A stretch of DNA of 50,393 bases from Lenisia limosa. Its lineage: Eukaryota; Protista; Breviatea. A model generated the notes under the pieces. The model was given only the letters and a program-made list of their open reading frames with translations. It was not told the DNA's origin and made no database searches. Positions 12,101-25,500 of the stretch are shown piece by piece. Each line of letters opens with the position of its first letter. Within the stretch, counting starts at the first letter, position 1. The stretch lies in assembly GCA_001655205.1 (NCBI GenBank), contig LPNZ01011357.1, forward strand, positions 1-50,393, written 5' to 3'. The position numbers and the translations under genes were made by a program.

Positions 12101-14102
12101 NNNNNNNNNNNNNNNNNNNNNNNNNNNNNNNNNNNNNNACACGAACCTTAGTGGACTTCAACATAGCCAGCGTGATTGTGTCAACTCAGGCGTTCCGAGA
12201 GTCCAATGCTGTTGTTGAGTGCTTTGCAAAGGTACGTTCTAGCCTTCGACGAAGCCGTTGTGACCACCTAGTTCCTTGAGGAGTCCTGGGATCTCAGCGT
12301 TTTGAACGTGTTCCTGCGAGCAGCAGCACTTCTCGAAGAGGTTAGTGGCTCGAGCTGTATTGTAACTCTTTAGCCCACGGGGTCAGTGGCACTGAGCATG
12401 CTGCCGCAGCCGGATGTGACGCGCAAGGCCCTCATCCTACTTGAGAAGTGCATCCAGGTGAGTTTGGTCAACAGCACGTCATTCCTTTCTGGACCCCTCA
12501 CACACCAGGTGTCAGACACCGTCATTTCCAACAGAGCGGAGACCTCACGAAATCGATTTGTTCAGGTTTGCTTCGGTCATGATGCTCTCATATTTCAGAT
12601 TCTCCAAAAGATGTCACATCCGCACCCGGTAACCACAAGTAAAAGCAAAAGAGGTTTTGGAGGGCCGCAAACGACCAACGAGCTGCACGTGGCGCGAATC
12701 GACTGTTTACGCCTTCTTTGTGTCGAATACGCGCAGGTGAGTTGTTTCTGATGGGGGAGTGTCTTCAGTCTGGTTTACAAGTTTAGTACGACGCCGGCTT
12801 CAACAGCTTCATGCACACCCTCTTTGCGCGCCACGATAAGGCCTTAAACGGCCAGCTTGACAAGAAAATGCTTCAGGGACTGGTTGCCGAGGCCGCACCG
12901 CGAGCACATGGAAATGGTGAGAACACCACTCTAAATCCCGCGAATGGTTATATATTAGTTGTTTGACCTTCATAGTCATATTATTAGTTGTTTGACCGTC
13001 CTGTAGAAATTGTCGAAGTTGTTGACTACGTTTGGAGCCACTCGGCGAAGCAAGGTCCCAACAATACTTCCGTAGGCTGTACATCCTCGAGCTCTTTTGT
13101 TCAACGTTTTCCCTTTTTAGAAGTTATCAATGACCCCCCCCCCCAGTATGTTGATTTTGGCGGGCTCAGTGCNNNNNNNNNNNNNNNNNNNNNNNNNNNN
13201 NNNNNNNNNNNNNNNNNNNNNTCACCCCTTCTTCTGGGACAACTTCAAACACGATTTCATTCCTGAGTGGGAGTGGGATTTTGTCTTAAATGCTGATTTG
13301 CGATGTTGAAAGAACTGTTGTTCCCCCTGAATTCTGCACTCACAACACAGCACAACGAGCTTCGATTCCGGCGGATTTGACGGGGATGAAGGTACTGACG
13401 AGGACGCTCTAATCGCGGCCGTGGCCAACCATTGGGTTGAATTCAGATCGGCGTTTGAGGGCGGTGCTTTGGATAACTGTTTGCCTGTGTTTACTGCTTA
13501 GGGTCACAACGTTCCTGGCTTCCATGGCAAAGGACCCGAAATACAGACAAAGTAGGTTCAAAAGGGCTGCGGATCTCAAGATGACAATAAAAATCAGTAA
13601 TTTCGCTTGGTTCATTCGAAGCCAAAGAGCGCTACTTAGCACACCTCCTGTTGATACAATATTATTTAACCCTCGCAGCGCTTACCCTCATGACCGAAGT
13701 TCGCGATCGACTGAATCGCTCAGTCACTACGCATGTGGACGGGTAAGTGGGTCAGCATCGTAGATCTACAAGGGTGTTCACAAGGCAAATAAATTGAATG
13801 AATCTTATTTACTAGAGCTTTATGGCGTGGGTTGCTTCGGGTAGATGCTTTCTTGTTTTTTGTTTCTCATTTCTGTATGATATTTATTCCGCAGATCGCG
13901 AGCCATCATGCTGTACCGTAAGATTCTCGCTCTCATGGGTAACACCCTTTTTGACGCCTTCCGCCACACCCAAGTCTCGGATACAACTCTGCTGAAGCAC
14001 CAGCTGAGGTTTGTTTGATGGCTGACATACTCACCCTGTAGATTCCTTGAGGCTTCTGTTTCAAACCTTGCACTCGAGTATGATAGGTCCACACAGGCAT
14101 GA
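6176..14102 (+). CDS. Large multi-exon protein with an N-terminal axonemal dynein light chain (p28/AXDND1-like) domain, coiled coil, long Ser/Pro/Arg-rich disordered middle and a helical C-terminal domain
   Basis: Start MNAANPDPTPNRRVKDAVVKYVLE. The exons WEQVVFPKVIPSGREEVLQLATCLETMLQHVD and VGRQTAVECIERAAVMMRLRQRLKSFMSAA resemble the p28 core ('R.DV..L...LD..L' and 'ELIRQVT+NC.ERG.LL.RVRD'). C-terminal exons include KPKSLAWLLRMIRDIFKDK, RTLVDFNIASVIVST...VECFAKFLEESWDLSVLNVFLRAA and SRAIMLYRKILALMGN...LEYDR. Four N-gaps interrupt the model, the 3' end could be 14102 or about 14207, and it may be two genes. Confidence 0.6.
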
Positions 14103-14641
14103 AGAGTAGATGTTTCTAGTAGTTCTTTTATTGATATGGTTGATGTCATCATTTTATTATTTATTTATTTCCTGCTTTAGTTCATTCGTCCAAGTGTGCA
14201 ACCAATAACGCACCCGTTGGGATTTCTGGCCACAGCCCAAGGCGGGATGACCCTCGAGAGAGTAAACTTGTTTATACCTCACGGTTTTATTGAGATGACC
14301 ATGCACGAGGGATGAAGAATGCAAAAGTGATGTTACTTTAGTGAATGTAAAATGGGTATCCTTTAGGATTCCAAAAAGAAGGGTAGCATAGCAAATAAGC
14401 TGACGATCCCTGACTCTCTTAGTAAAAAGCGAAAAGAGTGTAAGTTAGAAGCGTCAACACTATGTCGATGAAAATAATACGAAATGACTCTACTTAAAAA
14501 GAACTTCTTGTACCCATTGTAAAATACGGATATTTTTATTTTCTTTTTTGATATGTTATCACGTGCGCGTGGCGTCAAGTATAAATAAATTTTGATTTTC
14601 CTGATTTTCCTTAATTTTGCTGATATTTTGTAGCGTTCAGT

Positions 14642-17600
14642 ATGTCAGAAAATCCCTTTATTGTTGAATTAGCGAAATCAGGCCGCTCTGAGTGCAAGGT
14701 TTGTTCACTTTAAACATTTTTTCCTTATATTTAGGGCTGTGGACGCAATATCGGCGAAGGGCAACCTCGGTAGGATAATAATAGATTTAATTATTCAATA
14801 AAATTTGCACTTTCTGCTTTACCCAGTAGTAATATTCTAACATTTTTTTTTTTCTTTCTTACCCCACAGTGTCGGCCATCGCACCAAGAGTCAATGTAAG
14901 TGGCGGCTCAGGATAATATTATATTGGGTTGGTCGTTACGTCACTTACCGGACCATCACCCCTTCCTGTTTGATTTATATCAGGGCATGATGGCTACGAC
15001 ACTAAGTGGCACCATGTTGCCTGTATTAAGGGACGGCTCAAGAACTACAGAACTGAAGTTGTTGATGTGGGCTGAGTTCAGCTTGTTCGGTTTCACCGAA
15101 ATGTTATGCGTGGTCATACGAGAGCAAAAGAATATTTCATACACTGAAATTGAAAATTCAGTGGGATTAGCACGTCTCTAAATTTGGAAAAATAGAGATC
15201 TTTTTTGTTGAGTTAGTTTTTTTAATTCTCATTTCTATATTGGTAGTGTAGAAAGTCTATTTTTAGACTTATCCCTTTTCTGATTTCTCAATTACAGCCT
15301 CTCTACCTCACATTTAGATGCAAGCTAATCATTGTTTAGAGGCTCGATACCCTCTCTTTTGACGACCAAGAAAAGAGTTGGCGCGCGGGGGGTATAATAT
15401 TTGAGCAGTTACGGTATTGAAATCCGCCTTCGACAATGCTGACCTTGTCCAGTTTACACGTACACCGGTGAGGAGTTCAAACGGAGCGACGACCAGAAGG
15501 TACAGATCAAAACTACGCCTTTCAATCTCACTCTTAGAAACGCAATTCTGCTCTCTGGGCCCTCAAGAAGATCCTCTTCAAGTACAAGGCCAAGCCACTG
15601 CAGGAGGTATGCGCGGCCAACACCATCCCCATCGCCTGGGCCAGTGAGAAAAAGAAGCACGTCTTCGAGCTTGCTCACGACATTGCCGACGGCATTCTCT
15701 TTGGAAAGCTTGCTCCCTGTCCCGCCTGCGAGGGCCCCTACTGCCGTGCCCCCTGTACGCCAAAGACTGTCTTTATTCATAAGACCTGAATGAACCTCTT
15801 ATTGCCGCAGATGATGGAAACCACGTGAAGTGTGCTGGATGGACTCAGAGCGGATTCAGTCGCTGTACCTTCGACTCCGAAGTCTCTTCCGTCAAGGCCG
15901 TCAGGTACGCAGACCTTTCCGCGAGACTTATCGAAGTTGTCGAGAAATTGCATTCTTTATGGGGCCTCTCACCGTTTAGATACCCGTTCAGTGTACCCGA
16001 CAAATGCAAGATCGATGAACTCCTTGTAAGGACCTGAAGAGTTTGGGTGTGGCTGATATTTCAGAACTTTAAACACCCCTGCAAGGCCTGGTTGCCTTCT
16101 CTCAAAAACGCCCCACCTCCGTAAGTTTCATACTACTTCTGCTGATGCATTGCAGCACGCCCTCCCCCACACCCACCATTCCTGGAGCCGCTTCCCCTGC
16201 CCCCTCAGCCGGACCCTCCACCGCGGCTTCCAATGTCCGTGTTGTTCCCGTTGCCTTCTTGCCTAACTCCACAGAACCTCTGCAATATTGTCGCTTTCTT
16301 CCCCGGACGCACCTCCAAGGCCAAGAAGGAAGTCAGTCTATGGGGTGATACTTGCAGGGTTGTTTCAACTTCTTTTTTTCTTTCTCATCATCTTCAACAA
16401 TTCAATTTCTAATCTTCACAGCCCTTATTTATTTTATTTATTTTATTCCATAAATTGCTTTAATTTCCTCCCCTCAGGCTGAGGCAAGTGTGTTTGCCAA
16501 TGGTGGACTTGTTACCGCCAAAATTGACCAGGCCACTCACATTATTGTTATGAAGGCCCAGGTACCGGGTGTCTCCTGAGCTTCTTCTCCAAACATTAAT
16601 AAATCACATCGTTGTGCTGACTGTTTTAGGAAGGAGAATCGAAGGCGACAAAGGCTGTTGCTGCCCGTCGTGAAGAAGTGGGAGGCGGGTGTTAGTTGTG
16701 GGGGGCGGGGTACTTGTTAGTTTTCATATGAATTTTGACTTTTTAGGGATTTCCCGTTATTGTTGTCGACTTTGTTGAAAAGGTAAGAACAAGGTTATAA
16801 CATAGAGGCATGCCTTTCAGCATAGTCACGTAACCTTTGCACTTTCCTGACCCTCAGCTTGCCGGCGGTGACGTGTCTCTTCGCACCGCTGCCGGACTCA
16901 CTAAATCCGGACTCCTCTGTGCTGGCTCAGAGGCTGGAAAGGACCTGCCGAGCGTTGCTGAGGAAAAGGTTTCTGGGGAGATGATTCGCCATTTCCGAGT
17001 ATTTATTACGATACATGTATCATATTTAGTTTGCCGTTTATTGAGTGACCAATTAGGCCGTTGAAGTTCGCCTGGCCAAGAAGCGTCGTAAGCCGACACC
17101 CACCAGTGCCATTCTCAGAGTAGGCCTCCTTTCATTGAGCACATTGACGCATTGCCTTGACCGTGCAGGTCGATCGTGATGCTTCCGGTGGAGACGTGTA
17201 CATTAATTCCAAAGACGAAACTGATGTGTACAGCTGTGTTCTGAACAGAGTTGGTTCGGCTTGCTTTATCTTGACTTCTTCAAATATTATATAATGGGAA
17301 CTTTTGTAGTACATTCACAATCATTTGGTATCAGTGCCTTATCACCATTCTGACAACCAGGTGAACATGGACAAGGGCTACAACTCCTTCTACATTATGC
17401 AGATTCTCAAGGTTTGTCCCTCATCCCATTCCTTCATGCCCTAGTCCGGTGCGCGCTATACGGTGTTCAAGAAGTGGGGACGTGTCGGTAACGAAAGCCA
17501 GGGTGGCATCAAGGTACGCCTAGGAATAATTGGTTACGCTATAGGATGATGAGAAGTTTGGAAACGTTGGAAAAGCCATGGATTGCTTTAAAGAGAAATT

Positions 17601-19964
17601 CAAAGAGATGTAAGTTGGTGCGATGATACGACGAGGCAAGCGAAATCTCACTCCCATCCAGCACCGGCAACAACTGGGACGACCGTGACCTTTTCGTCAA
17701 GAGGCCTGGACGCTACTATATGGTTGACCTTGGTGACGATGAAGAGGAGGAAAAGGAAAACAATGGAAAGGTAGGGTTATCTCTGGGACCCAATTTTTTT
17801 CTTATTATTATTTCATTTCTGACCTCTTTCTGCGTAGAAATCCCGCCCCAATGTTGTTGTGGCTGACAGTGCTCTCAATCCTCGTGTTAAAAACTTTGTT
17901 GGTATGTTGAACCATCTTGCAGTGTCCCCTTTACTGACACTATAGACCTTATCTTTGATGACAAACAAATGATCAAGGCTCTCGAAGCTATGGAAATTGG
18001 TATGCTACAGGATGATATCATCTATCATAGTATCAAAACATCACTTTTTGAAAGTTCATTTCAACAATTATAATTCTGTTTGCAACACTTAGATGTCAAA
18101 AAGATGCCCCTTGGAAAGATCAGCAAGGTTTCAATCCAGGAGGGTCTTAAGGTTGGGCCTTTCCAATGCTTCTGCCGCTTATCCCTTCAACACATTCCTG
18201 ACGTTACAGTGTCTCAAACAAATTGATGACGTCTACGCCGCGAACCCTGGAAAAAGCTATGACGATGTAGGTCACTAGTGTTACATAGCCTTCTCACCTG
18301 TTTAGCTTGCTAAGGATGCCTTCAACAACCTCGGAGACCTCATCACCCAGTTCTACCACATCATTCCCCACAACTGCGGTGGGCGCTTTTTTGCTTTTTT
18401 GTAGTGTTCTAACTTCATAGGCACCATGGCTCCCCCTCCCATCACCCCTCAGGTAAGATCGGCCCCCGAGCTTCATTCCCCCCGGGTGCTTTCTGACCTT
18501 GTAGATCATCCCCTCCAAGATGGACATGCTGACCTCTCTCATGGATATGGAAATCGCACAAAACATCATGAAGGAAACAAAGAGCGCGGTGAGTCTACTT
18601 AGTTGACCGTTCCAACTTCCTCTCTCACTGGTCTAGGAGAACTGTGTCTCCGACGCCAATTACGAGAAGCTCAAGACCAAGCTTGTTTCTGTTGACGAGG
18701 AGTCGCAGACCTTCAAGGATATCAATGCTTGTGGGATTTCAGGGAGGGTTCTCTGCTAATTCTATACAGAGCAGCTCTAATCTTATTAGACATGAACAAC
18801 ACGCACGGAAGCACCCACTCGCAGTACACACTCATTCTTGAGGATCTCTTTGAGGTTTGTCACGCTTTCCTTGGATATTCTCAATACCCAGGTTGACAGA
18901 GAAGGTGAAGACAGCCGCTTCAAGCCCTTCGCCGACAATGAGCATCGTGAACTTCTTTGGCATGGGTACGGAATCCGCCTTTTGTACACATTTTAACGTT
19001 ATTCAGTTCGCGCCTCACCAATTGGGTTGGTATCCTCTCACAAGGACTTCGCATCGCCCCTCCTGAGGCCCCATGTACCGGTTATATGGTGAGCTTTATT
19101 ATGATATCTTAGCACACTCTGACTATCTAGTTTGGCAAGGGTGTCTATTTCGCTAAGTGAGCGGGAGAAGGAGGGGTGTTGGTGTTAAAGTTTGTGTTTT
19201 GGTTTACTCTGTAGCGCGTGTTCCAAATCAGCCAACTACACTAACGCCCATTCTTCTGATAACACTGTGAGGGGAGTACGGAACATACTGAGATTTACTG
19301 TCATAAACTGTCTGGTTCAATCCTTAGTACTGCCAACAACGAAGGATTGATCACAGTTTATTGCATTATTGATCTTGACATTTTGAATTAGTGTGACCAA
19401 ATCTCAGTATCACGCTGACTGTCATTTGGAATCGAAGTGACAATGCAGGGTCTTCTTGCCCTCTGTGAAGTTGCACTTGGAGAGCCTCTCGAGAAACAAA
19501 CGTCTTTCTACGTCAATAAGGTACTGTGATGTTTGCCTTGGTCTCATGATGCCACTGTGTAACTCCACAGCTCCCGAAAGGCAAGCTCCACTGCTTCGGC
19601 CAGGGTCGCACCGTACCCAACAAAAAGGGCTACAAAACTATGTCGGTTTGGGTCTATTGATAGGGTGATATCTGATAAGACACCTTCTGGTGTCGATCTT
19701 TTGCCTTCTAATTTCCTCAGGGACAACGGTTGTGTCATTCCAATGGGCAAGCTGACCCAATCGAAAATCCAAACAGTGCTTCAATACGATGAGAAAATTG
19801 TAAGTCTTGACGGGAACCTTTCTGGACCTGTTGTATTGACTAATTAGGTCTACGATGTTGACCAGGTGAGAATCCGTTACCTTCTCAAGTGCAAGTTCAA
19901 TGTAAGTGGCTGATGGCCTCGATTCCGTCTGACTCTGTAGTACAAGGGCCACAGATACTGGTAG
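14642..19964 (+). CDS. PARP1: Poly(ADP-ribose) polymerase, PARP1-like (zf-PARP, PADR1/Zn3, BRCT, WGR, regulatory and catalytic domains)
   Basis: zf-PARP: [12 protein letters not shown]|GCGRNI...KWHHVAC. PADR1: [16 protein letters not shown]...[17 protein letters not shown]: [19 protein letters not shown]: [28 protein letters not shown]. Regulatory: [18 protein letters not shown]. Catalytic: LLWHG|[27 protein letters not shown]|[14 protein letters not shown] and LQYDEKI|[13 protein letters not shown], with the H-Y-E triad intact. Stop TAG at 19962-19964. Confidence 0.95.
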
Positions 19965-20079
19965 TTCTGTTTTGTCGCACATTTAATTCTTACGCTGAAC
20001 TTTCCACATCCCCAACGGGTTACATTGAGAAACTGTGAAATGGAATAGTGTACAGACAAATACCTAACATAACATAACT

Positions 20080-23000
20080 CTACATATCCATCATGAGCGA
20101 GATTGCCCTTGATTCCCGGGGGTCCATATAGCGAAGAGTGTCATCCCAACGTCTTACCCCCACCTGGGATGTAAATCACAACGATCAAACACCCACCAAT
20201 GAGTCCGTGCCGTCCTCATCATCACTATCATCATCGCGGTGCGGCCAGTCACTGATCAGTTGTCGAGCGTCAGCAAGCAGAGCTTTGATCTCATGTGGTA
20301 CGCCGCCGCATGACACGTGACCCTCGTCCTCGTCCCATTCCGAATCCGAATCCGAGTCCCTTTAGAGTGAGAGCGCCCATAGAATAAGCAAGATCACAAG
20401 ATCCAGAACGCACCAATCTGAGGCGCTCTCCGAGTCCGACGCTGAAGTAGCCCACTCCATATTCCTTTAGGGTCAGTGATTTCATAACTCAACTCATCGG
20501 CAGGTCATGATGAACGAGGGTATTTGCACCTACGGCGGAGGGGGGTGGAATGCTGCGGGTGACGGCGTCTTGGCCATGGTCTCGATGGATGGTGTGATGT
20601 GGAGTATCAGGTCGGCTGAAGCATAACATAAAGATGGCAAATGAGCGCAAATAATGCCCAGAAGTAAGCCCTTCCCACCAATGTCACGCAGTAACCTGGT
20701 GTCAGAGGTAATGACAATTCCGAGGAGAGTGATGCGGCAAATGCCTTGAAGAAGCACCTTCTCAACAGACTAATCCGTAATGGAAACAAGCAGCTCTCTA
20801 ACCTGGTGTTTTGGGATACACAGGAGAGCACTGACAACATGCTGCGCCACCTGACAGGCCTCTCCGTAAAGTGGCGAGCGTAATGAGCGTGTTTTCTGTG
20901 TTGTTATTCGACATTGAGTGAGGATGGGTTTACCTCAAAATGGTCATCTTGCCCAAAGGTGAGCTTGCGTGATATGAGAGGAGAGAGAGCTTCAACAGAC
21001 ATCTGGACTGTTACATTTCTGGCAATGCGGACCTTTTTGGTTTTGGCTGGAGGGGACAAGACTGGAGTTGATGAAGTGCGCTGCAGACTTTGTACCAGCA
21101 CGGGGACCGAGTTTGGAAGAGTCCTACAGAGGTAAAACAACGACCAAGACAATAGCGTAATAAATAAATAAATGAACCGAAAGGAGTACAAGTGGTGAAT
21201 AACCCACGAAGAAAACATGGAAGTTGAGAAGGCATCAGGGGAAACAACGTGGGCTAAGTTGGTGAACGCGGCGGTGAGAGCACTGAGAGCCGCAGAGGAC
21301 ACGTCAATGTCGTCGTACGAGGCTATGTAGGAGGCGAGAATGGGAGCCATCGTCAACTGTAGGGATGAGTGATAAGGCCAAAAAAAGTGTACCTGAAGGG
21401 CTGACGGAAGAGTCACAACAGCAGGCTTCAAGAAGTGAGCACTCTCCCGCAACGCCGTGTGCTCAATCTGCACGTTAGACCATGTTTATTACCGAGAGAC
21501 AATATCTTTTCTCACCTGTTTGAGTTGAGACGATTCTGAAGAGTTTTGCACTGAACAGGTTAGAGTAACAGTACTACCACCCTTACAGATATTGCCTCTG
21601 AGCGTTTTCAGCGTCTCGACTACACTAGCATTCAAGTCCCCCGATTTGGTCCCCCATGAAAGCGCCAAGACTGCTGTCTGAACGGTAAAATGTCTGCTGA
21701 CAAGCAAAGAAAAGAAGTGTTATGGGTCATACCTCGAGAGCAGCAGAGCACAGATTTGGCTTTGCGAAACCCGCGATGAGGTTGGATAGCATTGGAGCAC
21801 AGGTAGGGAGAGTGACGGTGATGTGCGATATGAGGGACGAAATTGAGGGAATGCTTGAGGGCGAGGGGCTTGCTGAGCCCTAAGGAGTCAGGCAACGCTG
21901 CTTGCAGCCCTAGAGGCTGTAGCTAAATGCCCACCTGTTTAGAGCCAAGCCTATCGGACGCCTTCGACACCAATCGCAATGACCTCAATTGTGAGTTGAT
22001 GATTTCGGCATTTCAGTTTTAAAACTCCAGCAAAACATCATTGAGGAGTTTAACGCCTACGATGACTGCATCAGACAGCCGGCCAGACGCATGAGAGGCT
22101 TCGGCGAAGACTGCGGTGTACCGGCAACTGAAGGGTTAGCTATTATTGGAGAAAGGTGTGTGATTAAAGGGTCAGCTACTGGAGAAAGGTGCATGATTAA
22201 AGGGTCAGCTATTGAAGAAAGGTACATGGTTTAACAATGAAGTCAGGCCAGCATACCGAGAGTGGCCGAAATGAGACTCGGCGCTGACATCGACTCTAAC
22301 CCAGCGAGTGGTGTAGACTGGGGGGGGGGAGGGAGGGGTAAATCATTCAAGCACCCAAGGACTTTTAGTAACTTGATTAGGTAATAACATACTTGAGAAA
22401 GTGGGGATGACAAACACCATGAAATCAGTTCCTCCATATCAGCAGGGAAGAGCCAAAGAAAGACATCGGAAATGACCGGCAGCGTTTGTCGCGCGATGCG
22501 GCGAACTTCCCACCGGCTGTCTGCCAGGGACGAGATAGTCTGTGCATTAGTGTCCAATATGAAGCAAGCCCACCTGTACGACCATGCTTTTGATGACACT
22601 TCGAAGGGAGACTTCTGGCCACTCCATTGCTGCAATGGTGATGGACCAAGGCAATATTAATCATAAAATGATAATTATACGTGAGAGACATGAAAAAGTC
22701 CCACAACCGACCTTTGTCGTCGCAATATTTTAGAGGGTCATTCTAAAAAAGTTAGACAACACTTTGCTATTTTCTCTTCAAACTTTTTTGTTTTGGCCGT
22801 GTTTGTGATCCATGAACTGCACCAAGTCCAAACTAAAACGTCAATCAGTGGCTCAACAAACCTTGATAAAGCGGCCAGGGTTGTGGTAGGACGCGGCGAC
22901 AATACCCTGGTAACAGTTTCTTTGATGGGTACCAAGTGGACGGCGGGAGACTTAGAGGGCGGCTTGGCTAGGACCGGCGAGAGGACGGGAGGGTTGGGGG

Positions 23001-25500
23001 AGCCTAACGCGTTAGAATCTTAAATGCTCAAAGAGTTCTTTGGGCTGAAGAGAAGTGGGAACTTACCTAATGGGGAATGTGGTTGAGTGTGGAATTGCGG
23101 AGTCTGTGGAGTTTGCGTCTACAGCAGTGACATAGAAATGAAAAGAAAGTTGTCTGCCCGGCTCCAAAACCTCCAGTTAATTATTACAACCCCGTTGGGA
23201 AGCAAGATATATCGAACTGGCTCTCCCAGACCTGCGGGGTGACAAGAGAATGACAGACGTTGGAGCTTTGTGCAAGTGACACGTGTGCCGGCAGCCGATC
23301 TGAAGAATCATGACAAGAGAGGAAACTTGATTACGCTCAAACTCAGTAGAAAAAACGTGATATAAAATATCATAGGTAAAATGAATGTAAGTAGTGTTCC
23401 AACGCTCACAAGCGATATGGTTTGAAAGGAAAAACTGAAAGACACGAAGGATGCATAACAGTCGCCCCTCGCGGGCCTGCCATGTCAGTTCTTCCGCCGC
23501 TGCTGTCGGTGTTGTGCATGGAAGTGGGAGGCTCTGTGGAATGCCAAACTCTTCTGGTGATATTGAGGAATGCTGAGGGTGTAAGTTAACCTGAACACAT
23601 ACAACTACCACGATATCATATTATTGTACTGTATTAGAAACTATATCAAGATATAATGTACATATGACACCACGCTGATGACATACCCAGTCCGTCCAGT
23701 TGGCCGCCAAGGAGCCCATGATTGTGAACATAAAGGACGGCTGGTCTGAAGACTTAGCCGCAAGGGTGCGGATACATCCCGCCACGGCTTGACGAGCTGT
23801 CGAGGCGTCGTGCGCAATGTATGGCGACAACGCGCGCCACAGATCCGACCACTGCATCTATTTCGTCAGGGAATGTCAGATTCAAGAGAGGGACACCATT
23901 TGTATTGGCCAACTTTTGCTTCCGCCCCCTCAAGTTGCCTCAGAAGTACAGACAAGAAGTTGAGCAACCCCTCAGCTTCGGCGTCACAAAGTGGCTTCGG
24001 CCTACGTGTTAGCAAAGACCATGGAAAAGGCTTACTTGTCGTTGGGGTCAAGTTTGTTCACAATTTCCTTGACACAATCAAGGAACACCTTAATGGTCAG
24101 AAGGAACAATGGTGACAATCCCAAGCCTACACTAGTGGACGACCGCGAAAGAAGCGACGCAAACGCGCGCGTAGCTGTTTCCCGCACGCTCACCTGCGAA
24201 GTAACATGGAAGAGTGGTTTATGAAAAACGTAGCAATTGAGTGAAGGTGCACCCACTTGCTCGTGAGCAACAAGGTGCATTAGCAAGCTTCGTGTGTTAC
24301 TGCCCAGGAACTCAGGAAGCGCAGGGAGGGAGTGTGTACCAAAACTAGAGTAGTCACGCAGGCATGATGCCTATCATCCGCTCTGACTCTCTACCTTTCA
24401 CATCAGATCCAATAACAACTTACGTAAGAGTTGGAGCGCTTTCTTCTTGTTCGTAAGCTCTAACTCGCGAGGACCAGTCTAAGTATGAGCGACGACAATA
24501 CCAAATTCCAACAAACGGTAAAAAACAACGTAAATGATGCTCAATTTTCATATAAATTCATATCATGGTATATGTAGATTTCCTTCCCTTAAGAAGTACC
24601 TGCATTCTGTGCAAACGACTGGTCTAGTCTTGAGGAGCTGAGATCCTGGCACAATAAGAAAAACGGCATAGCACATTAAGGAACAAGGCACGTAAGAGGC
24701 ATGGACACCTACGTCGAAGCACCAGTGGAATTTTCTGATGATGAAGTGGATGCCAAGCACTGCACCCTCATGGGTCTGCCAAGGATGCAAACTGTCTTTG
24801 GCAATCTGCAAGGTCATGACCGTAGTCACATTAGGAAAAAAGCCCCCCCTCCCCCAACCTCCTCCAGAGTGGTGTAGAGAAGAGCAGTGAACTCCAGCGG
24901 CAACTTGCCAATGATGCTATAGAGCCCGGAGGCGGCGGCCTTTCGGATCACAGACCAAATGTCTGTCAATGTCGCAATCACGATCTCCTTTAGTGTGAGG
25001 ATGTCATTTTCCATGTCAATTCAGGGTCAAACTCGCTAAACCCTCCAAAAACAAAACTCATATCCTCGCATCTACAACAGCCAGTTCCAATCCGAGGAAA
25101 TCCCACCACAATTGCATTAAAGGACGCCAGGAAGGTTGAGCTGACAAGCGCCGTCTTTATCCATTCGAACGCGAACGTTACCGCCTTTTGCCGAACCACT
25201 TGCCAGTCAAAAGATGCTTCGAGATAGGTACATATGCTTCAATCAATAGGATATTTATTGAATCCAAATTAACATTATCATACCTGGTATGGTTTCGGGA
25301 ACAAAAATTTCAAGTAGCTCCCTTGCCGATTCATCATTAAATTCCTATAAATGAAGATAAGCCAAAGGAAGGGTGCCAACAGAGAGTTTAAGTAAGTTGA
25401 GGTTTTCATCTAAAACCTCCGCTGGACCGGACTGTAGTTCTAAATCAATATTATGACCTTCTTGCCATTTATGACGCTCATATAAGTAGCTTTTTAGCAT
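20080..25500 (-). CDS. HEAT/ARM-repeat protein of unknown family
   Basis: Many spliced minus-strand exons carry HEAT-like signatures: LTDIWSVIRKAAASGLYSII, PWQTHEGAVLGIHFII, SVRETATRAFASLL, HDASTARQAVAGCIRTL, DSRWEVRRIARQTLPVI. There is an acidic Ser/Asp-rich tail, a putative ATG at 25500 and a stop at 20080-20082. Confidence 0.65.
22131..22233. repeat. Tandem triplication of a ~33-nt unit (AAGGGTCAGCTAYTGGAGAAAGGTGCATGATTA) in a HEAT-gene intron
   Basis: Three diverged copies at 22131-22166, 22167-22199 and 22200-22233. On the sense (-) strand each unit ends TAGCTRACCCTT, a branch-point-like motif. Confidence 0.9.

Noticed and set aside
13820-14152. Separate small minus-strand gene (110-aa ORF)
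   Set aside because: The plus strand gives a phase-consistent continuation of the upstream gene (SRAIMLYRKILALMG...) with typical codon usage. The minus ORF is most likely its antisense shadow, though this is not fully excluded.
14356-14422. Apparent U12-type intron (GTATCCTTT ... TCCCTGAC ... AG)
   Set aside because: No coherent flanking reading frame. The same 9-mer also occurs inside ordinary GT-AG introns at about 28860 and 36765 (minus strand), so chance is sufficient.
22131-22233. CRISPR-like or coding repeat array
   Set aside because: The units are adjacent with no unique spacers, the context is a eukaryotic intron, and there are no cas genes.
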